Assembly: GCA_040954595.2 (NCBI GenBank)
Contig: CM082595.2
Location: 3,643,943 to 3,707,942 of the forward strand
Length of the DNA stretch: 64,000 nt
DNA from: Balanoglossus misakiensis
Taxonomy: Eukaryota; Animalia; Hemichordata
Direction of reading: 5' to 3'
Shown here: in pieces, positions 13,301-24,472 of the stretch
How the letters are laid out: every line of letters starts with the position of its first letter
Numbering within the stretch: the first letter of the stretch is position 1
Notes under the pieces: generated by a model
The model's database searches: none
Told to the model about the DNA's origin: nothing
What the model saw: only the letters and a program-made list of their open reading frames with translations
Made by a program: the position numbers and the translations under genes

Positions 13301-16300
13301 GCTTCTTTGATTGGCTGAGACCTCAATGATGTGCACAGCACTGGATGTTATGAAGCTGAATGATTGCCTGTTTCTTCGTAAGAAAAAATCTGAGAATAAA
13401 GTGAACCCTGCCAGAATACTGGGGGAGTTTCCACGTATTTGCATGGCCCGAAGGCAGTGTTATGTCTGACATGGACCACTGTGGCTCCATTTCAAAATGC
13501 CTGCAGTGTGCGCGAGGAAGTCCCAACATGCCTCTGGGTAGACCTCGCTTGGCCACTGCCGTGATATGTTTTGTTTTTTCAAGCGGGGAGGATTTTCATA
13601 ATTTATGAAAATGCGCGAGCGGTGACCCCTAGGTATATGAGAAGCAACCGCGAGCTAGGGCTCTCTAGTAGAGCTGGCTAATGAGGCATAGTATGTCGCG
13701 GGTAGAGCCCGGGCTGCCACATGCGTGGGGTCTTGTTTGTTGAGGGGAAGAAAAATTCGCTGGAATATTTCGCTGTGTGTGTGGATTGAGAGTGCGGAGA
13801 TTGGAAGCTGCGATTGCTACCAGCATGATGGAGTTTAAGTCCAGCAATCCGCTTGTCTATCCGAGCGAAGGAAGCCTCTGCGATGGATATGTAGGTCTTT
13901 CAGTCTTTTGTGTGTCAGAGAGATTGGAGATTCGAGCTCTCATCGAATGCAAAAGCCTGCGTATCATTGTGTTGTGTGTGCTTGGGTATCGCGACTTTGA
14001 ACTACAACCATTGGCATTGATTACAGACTTGAGTGTCTCACGACCAGCATGGTTACTTCTGTTTTCAACCATTCTTTTTTCGCGATGCTAACAAAATCAG
14101 AATTCATTTTAATCCATTGTGTGTCTCCCCAAGAAGATGATATGATGGCTCACGAACTACATTTTGTAGTCAGTGTCTGAATTCAGCATGCGAGGATCAC
14201 ATTATTGGTCATGGGTGATGTATTATGGCAGGGCAACCTTCAAAAAGCAGGGAAAAAAAATAACAATAATCTTGTTTTTTTGTCTTCTTTTCCAGACATC
14301 CTCCTTCAGCAGTATAACAGATTCCACAATGTCCCTTAATATAATCACGGTAACTCTAAATTTGGGTGAGTATATCTCATTTTGTCTTGCCTTCGCTCTA
14401 AAACTCCCATGTACATCCTCTGGTATGGTATGCAAGGTCGCTTGAGAAAAAAAAAAGCATTTTAGTCTTCTCGTTCTACAAGCATTGGTGCCTTCCCAGT
14501 GGACTTGCTAAGTGCCTGAGAACCATGTTTTCTGGATGTGTTTTAAATTTCTCACAGGAGATCGTGTCACAGAGGTTTTACGTACAACCCCCCAAACAAA
14601 ACAGCAGCCCCAGGCCTCGAGATCTGCCATTTATCAACCCATCAAGGAAAAAAAATCATATAATATCGGATATTGTTTGGATAGTTCTGTCATGTTTCTT
14701 GTAAATGTTTTTCTGAAGCCTGGCAGATCCAGATTCTGATGTTTAGATTTTCATCGCTCCCGTTGTCTGTGTCATCTATTTTCAAATTTTGTAAAATATA
14801 TATGCCTTGAGTTGAGCTTGTTATGAAATTTGATCTGCATGTGGTACGATGTTGAGCTGGTCTCTTTTACCGTACGACAAGCTGAGCTTTCTTACAAGCA
14901 GTGACGGGGGAGTAAAAACACTAAATAATCCATTTTTGACATGGCTAATTTTTCAACAAATGTCATAATTTCGTTTCTTTGATTTTTTTTAGAAAGTTTG
15001 CTTTTGTTTCTTCTATCAAATGTGTCAAAGCTGTTTTAGACCATGCTCAGATTCAAATACCACAGTTCACCAACCACTCAATTTGGCTGGTCTAGAAAAT
15101 TTTCCTAGGCCTGAAAACTTCAGTAGACTGGATCTTGGACCACCAAAATGGTTGGTTCTTTAAATACTTATCACGATGTCAGTCGTGTCAAATAAATTGT
15201 TTCCAAAGAGTCATAAACAAATTTTGTAATCACCATGTTATAAATATCTTGACTGATGTAAATCATTAAACAATTGGTGAAGAGAGAAGAGTTTTTCATA
15301 AGCAATGATCGACCTCTCGTGAGCCCTGTGACATTTTCCCCGTACAACACACCCCCAGCCCTGATTTATTCCACCTCCCTTTAAACAAAACTTCTAATTA
15401 TATGTTTCACCTTTCTGTTGTATACACCCCTATTTCACTACAACACTTGGTTGTAACCATGTTATTGTTACTGTGTGGAATACACCATTTCTCACAGAAG
15501 GGGGATTCCTTCTTCAGATGATTGTGATTCTGGAAATTTTATCAAAAGTGAAAATGATTATTAATTGTGAATAACGAGCCATTTAATTTGGGGGAAAAAT
15601 CACGAAACTTAAAATTAAATCGGACTGAAGTTTCTTTCATTATCAGAAAGTATCACTCCTTAGCTAATGTCAAATTGTGATAAAAACCTTTGCAGTAGAT
15701 CACTTTGAAATCACTGGGATAAAAAACTGAGTATTTCTGATTCTGCGGTTGTAGAGTTATTGCATGCCCTTGTGACACGCTGTATGGAACCCCAGCTTAA
15801 GTGGTTAGCTGGTGTAACATGAGAACGGTGACCAATATGGCAGGCTCTATTTCATTTTCCAGTCGAGTAGTTCGAGTCCTTTCTCTCGCTGATTGTTTGG
15901 AAAATGATACAGCGACAGAGAGCAGTCAGGTACCTGGATGAGATGGTGTAGTCAGAGTTATGGAGGTGGTTGTCTGTTTTCTCTGAAATCACAATCCATA
16001 AATAATTCACTGGACCATCTCAGTTTAACACAGTCAGTTTATTCTAGTTTACACGCAGTTCGTAATACTGCGAGATTGTCGGTGAAATCAAAATAATTGT
16101 GACGTTATTTGGCAAATGAGAAGGGTCCATGCGGCTTCAAATTCAAGGTCACTTTTAGTTTTAAGCAAAACCCACTGGGGAGATAATCTAATCGGATCTC
16201 GTCAGATTGGAAATGCGAGCACAGATGGAGATGGAAGAACCCATATTACCTGCACTTATGGGGACCTTGAACCATGCCAGTTCCCACACAGCTGATTGTG

Positions 16301-19300
16301 AACAGATAATGAAAGAGCCACTCCCCCCTGAGAACTCAGTGATGTAATTCCCGTAGATGGGTTAGATGAGTATCTGCATATCATGGGTGCTGAGTGATTG
16401 CAGAAGATTGGTTTATGAAAGCCAAAGTTTTCATGTTCTTCCTTTTGTCTTTTTTTTACTACCAGATAAAATCAATTTCTTGGGAATCAGTATAGTTGGT
16501 CAAAGCAACAAGGGCGGTGATGGTGGTATCTATGTGGGATCCATCATGAAAGGGTAAGTACTTGATCGCTTTGTTCAGATTTTGTGCCACTAAATGGTGC
16601 CGTCATAAATACAGTGCTTCACCAAGTCACAGATTCCAGCATACAGACACAGCTGTTGGGCCCTTGTTCCATTCAGCTGTGTTGGCGAGTGTGAGGGAAC
16701 ATGTAAAATTGTTTCTGAAGTAGTATTCATATATATCTTCTTCTTTTTTCACCAACAGAGGTGCAGTCGCAGCCGATGGCAGAATTGAACCCGGTGACAT
16801 GATTCTGCAAGTAAGTTGTTTCCGCGTTCTCGTTTAACCAAATCGTGTCATTCTGGAGAAGGATTTTCTACCAGACAGCTTTGTTCTGCACACTTTGGGG
16901 CCGTTTGTCATTCGACTACATCAATGTCTGTTACTGCTTCCCACATTTCTTTGCAAGTTTCATTCATCGATGCACACACTGGTACATGTATGTGTTGCTG
17001 TTGCAACCTCTCTTTTTTTCTTACTTCGCAACTTCTCCGTTTTCACTCGTACACCCATTCGTCTTTTCCTTCACACACTTTTGCACCCTTCTGCTTTCAT
17101 CTCTCGTTCATCTTTTGTCTTTTTTCCCCCCTCTCCTTTCTTTTTGTTTCCACTTCTCTAGGTGAATGATTATAGTTTTGAGAATTTGTCTAATGACGAC
17201 GCCGTCAGGGTGTTACGCGAAGCTGTAACAACGCCCGGGTGAGTGCGTGACCCCTCACCTTTGACCCCCTTGACCCTTAGTTATAGTTTGTGTGGTTCTT
17301 CTTTCTTTCCTCCAATAGGTCAATGAATTAAGTTTTGAAAATATGACAAATGACGATGCGGTAAGAGTGCTTCGTGAGGTTGTGCAAAAGCCAGGGTGAG
17401 TTAGAAGATATTGTCTCCACCTCTGAAAATTGTTCTTCTGTCGAAACGTGCAGTGTCTGACAGCGATATCGAGCAAGTGGTATTGTCTATTATACCAGTG
17501 TGGAGAAATCTATGCTGTCGTCGAAGTTGGGGAGTTAAAGTGTTTTGTTTCTTGTTGAGAAACGGAAAAATAGCGTGACCGTTCCTTTTTTATCTGTCAT
17601 GTCTAAAAGTTACGTTTTTTTTCCTTGTTATTCTCATTGCAGACCAATCAAACTGATTGTAGCCAAGTGTTGGGACCCAGCTCCGAAGGGCTACTTTACA
17701 ATTCCTAGAAGTAAGTACAATGTTATAGCTCTGTTGCCATTCACTGGTTCTGAAGGACGTAAGAATTGTCATAAAACACAAATCAAGTTAACTGAAATAT
17801 TTCACTCGACATACCACTGTATATAAACAGAGTAACAGCGTAATTTACTCAACATAGCAAGAGACTCTTTCTCAGTTATCAAAGTATTTTAAAAATGCAC
17901 GTTCTACTATCAGTTGTGGTGTCTTTCGTTTTGCTGCTAATTACTATTTTAACAGACGAGCTGCATGAAAAGAATGCGTTGTTTGGCCGTAGTTACAAAT
18001 CTTGGCATTGATAAGCTGCATGCATGTGATGCAGTGCCTGCTTTGATTCTCTCTGACTGCACTTAAAATCGTTAATTTAATAATGATCTCTCACTCGTTG
18101 CTTTGGTTTGTATGAATGTGTAAACTGCAGCACAGTTGTATTTATATTTTTGTATTTATTTAAAAAATTCTAACCATTACACCTGACCTGGTGGCGACTT
18201 TCTGAGACCACTTTCACTGCGTGCTTGTTGTTCATATTTTTGCCATTCATGCTGACCAGAAAGATCTCCCCTTTTCTCTTCTTTTTGCAAATCTTCCTCC
18301 TCCCGCTGCTGTTGCTATGGCAACCACCCCAGGCGGATATGAAGGTAAATTGATCTTTTTCTTACGGGTATGAAGGAAGTCTGTCAAAGCTTACTGCTGT
18401 GGGCCAACATCCTTATCATTGTCATATGATGAATCAAAGACACATATTTATTTCATTGAAAAAAAAATTACAAGAATCATTATTTCATTGTCCTCAATAA
18501 CTTGTCAGGAAATGCATCCTTTATTTAATAAAATCAAGCCAATTTTACATGAAATGGCAGTTTCAACCATATACCAGTAGATGGTCCCTCCACTGTCATT
18601 CACAACGTCCAACTCACCATGTTCAATGCACCCTATTCCACCCACATTGATCATGGTGGCATGTTCAGTTGTCTGTAGTGGTAAGCTTTGACATGGTGCC
18701 TTTCTGTCCAAAAGCAATCCAGTTTAAGACTCTTCATGAAAAGGGACAAAAATCACCATTTTTATTTTACTGGGAAAGATGGTGATTTTTTGTCCCGCCA
18801 AAGTCAATCCTACATGGAACCTTGTGCCTGGGGTTGCCATATACTGAACTTCATTCTCTTGCTGCTTGTTTGAGGTATACTCTGCAGGATTGCACACTCT
18901 GGGATTAATCCGGGAATGTGTGAAACCAGCCCTGGAAAGTCTTTGAAATACTTGGAAAAATGAAATTTATTCCTTCCTAGAAAATCCCGGAAAATTGATT
19001 TATTCCCTACACTTTAAGAAAATATTGATAATCATTCATTTCCTGAATAGGTGAACCAGTCAGACCAATAGATCCTGGTGCTTGGGTAGCTCACACCAAT
19101 GCTATGAAACGTAAGTTCATCCTATTAGTATTATCCTCTATGATGGAAACATGAATGATCATCAGATTGGTCTGCTGATGTTTTTTTATTGGTATCTGTT
19201 TGCAGTGTCGATGTTATATTCAGCATCATTCATGCGTTCGTGCACGTTTCTCGAAAGTAATTTGCGTTTTTCTCTCTTCCGCCAACAGAGTTTGGACGTC

Positions 19301-22300
19301 CAGGCCCAATAAGTCCCTCTATGACGTCAATGACATCAACCAGTTCCTCCATTAGCAGTTCTATACCAGAATCAGAACGTAAGTAACAACCCATCATTAC
19401 CTGTCTGTCCTCCCTCTTCAGCAGTATGGTTTGGTCCAACTCTAATGCAATAGTAAACCTGTTCCCAAAAGTCATACTTTACTCATTTACAACCTACTGT
19501 CTTTTTATTGTCATCGATAGGTTTTGAAGATTTTGGTCATCTAACTGTTAACAGTGACATGGTAACCGTTGTCAGGGCGATGGCCGCTCCTGATTCAGGT
19601 CTTGAAATCCGAGACAGAATGTGGTTAAAAATTACAATTCCCAATGCATTTATAGGTAAGTGTTGTCATCTTAAAGGGACAAAGTCTCTCTCCAGCTGCC
19701 CCTTTTCCATTAATTATGTTTGATACAAGACACCATTTATGTTAATGTACATGTGGATATATAGTGAATCAATGATCAACAACACACAACTTCCATCCTG
19801 TTTGTATGATATGAGAGTAAAAACTCGCCCAAAATGAATAAATGGTAAAGAACGATTATTCGTTTTGGCGAGTTTTTTCACTCTCCTGTTTATAAGGGGG
19901 ATGGAAGTTGTGTGTGGTTAAACGTTCATTCACTATATATCCACATGTAGAATAACAAACGGTGTCTTGTATCAAATATAATTAATGTAAAAAAGGGCAG
20001 CGAGAGAGAGACTTTGTCCCTTTAAAAATGGCCCCAGCTGTTTGTGCCAAGAGTGAAAACTTCTAAAGGCCAATAACATTTTCCAACTTAGTGTGGTTCT
20101 TAAAATTGTAATTAATAAAATTGTGCAAATATTTTTTTTTTCTCTCCCCAGGTTCCGATTTAGTAGAGTGGTTATATTCTCATGTGGAAGGTTTCACCGA
20201 TCGACGGGAAGCTCGAAAATATGCCTGTAATTTGTTAAAAGCTGGTTACATTCGACATACAGTTAATAAAATTACATTCTCAGAACAGTGTTACTATATT
20301 TTCGGTGACCTCTGTGGAAGTAAGTACCAGTTTAGTTTTGTTTGTTGTTTTTTTAATCGACTAGATCAATGTGGAGGTTTTGTACAAATGGTCATTTTCT
20401 TGAAATGATGTCATCATTTGTGATAGTTTACAACAACAACAAATTTCGAGACGCATACCTTTAATTAATGAATTTAGATTATGAAAGGTATGAGATTATG
20501 AAAATATTGCAAAATATTACTCTATTGTCTCAAAATTTCTTCTGTAGAATATTTTTCTACGTGTTTTGAGTCCAGCTTATTGTTTCTTTCCTCCAGTGCC
20601 TCTCCTCGAATCTCTGACATTCCATCACTAAGCAACGTGTTCGCTCTCTCTCTCCTCCACAGACATGGCTTCCCTGTCATTAAACGATGACGGCACAGAG
20701 GCCGACCAGGACACCCTGGCGCCGCTGCCCACCGCACCGTGGATGGGGCCCGGCCCGCTACCCATACCCGGCTACGGAGGTAACTATACGCCACAGACCG
20801 CAGGCTATAACCAAATGCCACAGAGTTTTGATAACGCCAGCTATACTAGCTTTGGCAATGGCAGCATAGGCAGTGGCAGCCCTGGTAAGCGAATGTTACC
20901 CTTTAACTTTTGAACTTTCACCTCCCTCATTAACATAAATGTGTTCATTAACATAAAGCTGTGACTTGACTTTGATGAGTGGCTGATTAAAAGACGAAAA
21001 AATTTGCGATTAAAATAACTAGCCTTCACCACCGTTTTCTGCTAAATGTTGTCCGTATAGCCTGTTTATAATGTAACCAGTTTTGTTGGTGAATAAACTG
21101 GATTAAAACAAATTAACTCGTGATAAAAATTGATGGCCAGTTTTTTCAGTGTGTGTATCATGAAACTTGCACCGATTTTTGAGTGTATGGTTACACCTGG
21201 CGTTTCCTGATATCAGTGACCGGAAAAAAACTGGTAGCTGGTCCAACTAACCATACACAGCAGTTTCCTCCCACCCCCACGTAACTGTTTTGAACTTTGC
21301 CTGTGCCCCTCCCCTTTTGGAATCTTCCGTAAACCCTGTAAGCTATTGTAGGATTAGACCAACCAAGATTTTGTGAAGTAGAATATAATATACGTTTTAT
21401 TTGTATGGCCCCATTGGAAATCTACTTCAGTATAATGAATATTTCAACTTTGATTATGCGCCCAGGTTGTCCACCACAAAGTCAAGTCATGGCAGTGTCT
21501 GTGTTTTTTATTTCATCCCAACCATATCATGCTGTGTTTATGGCTGAGAAGTTGATGTGAAAATCTCTTTTGCTCAACATTCCAACATAATTGACAGCAT
21601 TGCTCGTGGAACGTGTGTCTCAGTCGACGTGTTGTCTTTGTATGTGTCCCACTGGTGACTAACGTCATCTATTTAATTGAGAAAATAAATGTCCAGTTTC
21701 ATATCTGTGTTTTGAAGTCCACTGATTCGTATTTTTTGAAAATAAAAGAAATATTGGAAGGATGCAATGCTGTGTCCGTATTCATCAAAGAAATAATGAA
21801 ACGTGTTATTGATGGTTGCCTGTTTTGCATTCATTTCCCTGCGTGCATGGAACACCTGTAATGTTTGACAGAGGGGGAAGCCTGACAAGAAGTTAGTCAA
21901 AAATTTTGTCTCCACGGTGACGCTTTGTCACCTGACTGTGCACAGCCAATCAGTGACCGGGGTCACCAGTGTGTCACAACTGCTCTGTTGACGTGATTAT
22001 TTTGACAACAGGAATTTGGATGCATTTTTTTCTCTCTGAGAAATTGAAATGTGTTATTATGGAATCCTGAAAGATGTTGCTAACAAATGTACAAGAAAAT
22101 AAAATTTACCTAAAAAACCAGTCACTGATTTGCTATTATGCTAATTTTATATAATTGCATGATAGTAAGTCCGATGATGTCATATTTGTATCATTTCCAC
22201 TACACGACTACAGAAGGCGCTATTTTGCTCAAAATACAGCCTATTAATTTTGTTGTTGATTAAAAGACATTGGAAGATACACATTTTATGATTTCAAACA

Positions 22301-23116
22301 TCCCATCATAACATCATTTCAGTAACAGGCATTTCATGTGTACTTGTGTGATCATCTCATCTGTTATAGTCAACAAGTGAATATGAACGCGCCCAGAAGT
22401 TCCCACACACTCATACACACACATTTGCTCATAACGTAAATGATTGTGTAGTTCGTACGGACTAGTTGGTCTCAATATTAGTGATTTTTTTCTTTGCTTT
22501 GAGCATTGTGTTAAAATTTCAGTCTGTTATAGTGGTTAGAAATGTTGCATCACGAAGTGTCGAAGCCATTCTCAAAATATCAAATTGTTTTTAATAAAAT
22601 TTACTTCAAGACTGTCACATATTGTATGTAGATAATGTACTCCTATTTTGTTCTTGTCCAAACATGCATGGCTTTAAAATTTGACCCCCGCAACATTTAT
22701 TTTGAACATAAGTCGATGTTGTTGTTCATCACAAGAAGTATAAAGAAACAAACAAAAAGTGTTCGTGTTTGGTACAGCTTGCACTCATGGGCGAGGAAGA
22801 ATAGTTAAGTTGTTTTGGAGGTTTTAGCTATCAGGAGTCTCAATTCTTTTTCTTTTTCCGACTTGCAGGCAGCAGCGGTTCGAACCACAGTCAGGAAAAA
22901 GAACGGCGAAGCAGTCGCAAAGGCAGCTCAGGGGCCGGCAGTGGCAGTGAATGTGAAGTCGTCCCGCTGGCACGAAGTCGGACTGCTAGTCGAGACGAAC
23001 TTCCCCTTCCACCTCCGCGAAACATTGGCTCAGTGCCAGAGGACGTGGGTGGCAGTCGGCAGTCTTTCCGTATGGCTATGGGAAATCCATGTGAATTCTT
23101 TGTGGATGTTATGTAA
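4349..23116 (+). CDS. dvl: Dishevelled (5'-partial: post-DIX region, PDZ, DEP, conserved C-terminus)
   Basis: Exons with GT-AG sites in consistent phase: 4349-4384, 8989-9115 ([20 protein letters not shown]), 12184-12283, 14296-14365 ([20 protein letters not shown]), 16466-16553 ([26 protein letters not shown]), 16759-16810, 17162-17238 or 17319-17395, 17643-17710, optional 18333-18344, 19051-19110, 19289-19378, 19521-19655 ([17 protein letters not shown]), 20152-20319 (DEP), 20663-20884, 22869-23116 ending [20 protein letters not shown]. The 36-nt exon at 4349 is less certain than the rest. Confidence 0.97.
12601..12686. mobile_element. ~90 bp piggyBac-like MITE family, degenerate copy
   Basis: accctctcaccaccatggtttggtccaaatccattg...gggggtgagaggg matches the family consensus. 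Confidence 0.7.
17162..17238 (+). CDS. dvl: dvl PDZ alternative exon A ([26 protein letters not shown])
   Basis: 77 nt, ctag| acceptor and |gtgagt donor, phase 0 to 2, open frame, paralogous to the adjacent exon B. Confidence 0.88.
17319..17395 (+). CDS. dvl: dvl PDZ alternative exon B ([26 protein letters not shown])
   Basis: 77 nt, atag| acceptor and |gtgagt donor, phase 0 to 2; closer to the canonical Dvl PDZ sequence. Confidence 0.92.
18333..18344 (+). CDS. dvl: candidate 12-nt dvl microexon (turns S-E-P into S-G-Y-E-G-E-P)
   Basis: ccag|gcggatatgaag|gtaaat; phase 1-1; preceded by a gctgac branch-point motif, a pyrimidine tract and TGC motifs. Confidence 0.6.
19671..20025. mobile_element. 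foldback MITE with TTAA ends and AGG termini (T2/Kolobok-like)
   Basis: ttaaagggacaaagtctctctc...gagagagactttgtccctttaa; the two halves are reverse complements over most of their length. Confidence 0.8.
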
Positions 23117-23278
23117 ATGTAGTCTTTGACAGAAAAACATTTTTTTTTTTTTGACGAGTACATATTGTCTAACATGCCTGCAGGGCATTTTTCCAAAAAA
23201 TTGCACCAGCTCCATTGTAGCGCGAAAGAGAGAGAGAGAGAGAGAAAAAAAATTGTTTGCATGTTTCAGAACAGATTT

Positions 23279-23372
23279 TTAACCCTTTTGCCCCTACAAC
23301 CCTGTATATGGGTCCAACCGCTCCATTGAAAACAATGGGACTGAACCATTATGGCAACAGTGAAAGGGTTAA
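23279..23372. mobile_element. ~90 bp piggyBac-like MITE (TTAA-CCC...GGG-TTAA) in the dvl 3'UTR
   Basis: ttaaccctt...aagggttaa termini; internal gtccaac/gaaaacaatgg shared with other copies. Confidence 0.75.
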
Positions 23373-24379
23373 AGAGAGTAAAAAAAAAACAGTAGTAAGA
23401 CAAGTCTGCTGTGTCTGTCGGCTAGTGTACAGTAACAATTTCTTGTGTGGAACCAGAAGAGTGTAGTAGTGTCATATGCAAGATTTTCCGGGAAAAACCC
23501 TCGGTGGATTAATGGCTTCGCTGAAGCGACAGAACGAGAAGAAAGAGAAAAGCAGAGGGGAAACGCGAACATCACCATCCTGTTCATCACTGCACCAACC
23601 AATACCGTCTTCGAAAACCCAGTCAGTTCAACCCAAAACCCACAGACCCACTCCCTGCTATTTTAGTTGGCAAAGAGCGCTTAACCATGGTAATGAACAC
23701 CACCATGGAATCTATGCAACCTATTTGCCAAAAAAAGAAATAATATATTGTGGAACAGGAAGTGTAATAGTTGAAAAAATTAAAATCTGGAACTTGCATG
23801 GTTTAAATGTCAACTCATTATATGTTATGCACAGTCTTTTTTTGTTGTTATTAGTAGTAACCAAGGCAACACGACTCGGTATAGCAGTAACTGTTGCAAT
23901 AGCAACAGGCTCCTGCTGCATTTGACTAACAGTTGAATAATTGTGAGAGAAATTTGAGGTTTTTAGGAAAGTCTTAAATATTTTGAGATGTTTTTAGTGT
24001 TATTTAAAGATCAATATCTTTCTTCCTTCATAAGGACATACAGACTCTTTCAATTCTGTTTTTAGGCCACTTGACCATGGAAATGCATTTCTAGGGGGGT
24101 ATTTTGAAATTTTATTTTCAAAACCAGCCTAGGTCTTTCAGTTGAAGGTGCCTATTGTAGTGATTTGATTATTTACCCAAAGAAGTGGCAATGTCTGTCT
24201 TGAACTTGAAAAAAAATCAAGGGAAGAGGTGTCTCCAGTTTTCAGCCCTGGGGGAGGGGAGGCAAGGAGGGGGGGATCCTGTCCAGAAGGTCCAGATGGA
24301 GCAAGTCTTGGAAGGAGCCATTGGGACTTAAAAGATGGGTTTAGAGCATTATATACTTAGAGTCTTGCATGCACTGTCA

Positions 24380-24472
24380 TTAACCCTTTCACCCCCAGTT
24401 CCCTCTATAGAGGTCCAACATTACCATAGAAAACAATGGAGTTGGACCAAACCATTGTGGTGAAAGGGTTAA
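24380..24472. mobile_element. ~90 bp piggyBac-like MITE, well-preserved copy
   Basis: ttaaccctttcacc...ggtgaaagggttaa terminal inverted repeats bounded by TTAA. Confidence 0.82.

Noticed and set aside
16816-17169. three overlapping Phe/Ser/Leu-rich ORFs
   Set aside because: A pyrimidine-rich intron lacks stop codons by composition; it is the extended polypyrimidine tract of PDZ exon A.
19206-19256. in-frame 51-nt exon-like segment in a dvl intron
   Set aside because: The downstream intron would be only 32 nt, too short to splice, and the peptide has no Dvl similarity.
20597-20662. upstream alternative acceptor before dvl exon 20663
   Set aside because: It introduces a stop after 11 codons and has no other support.
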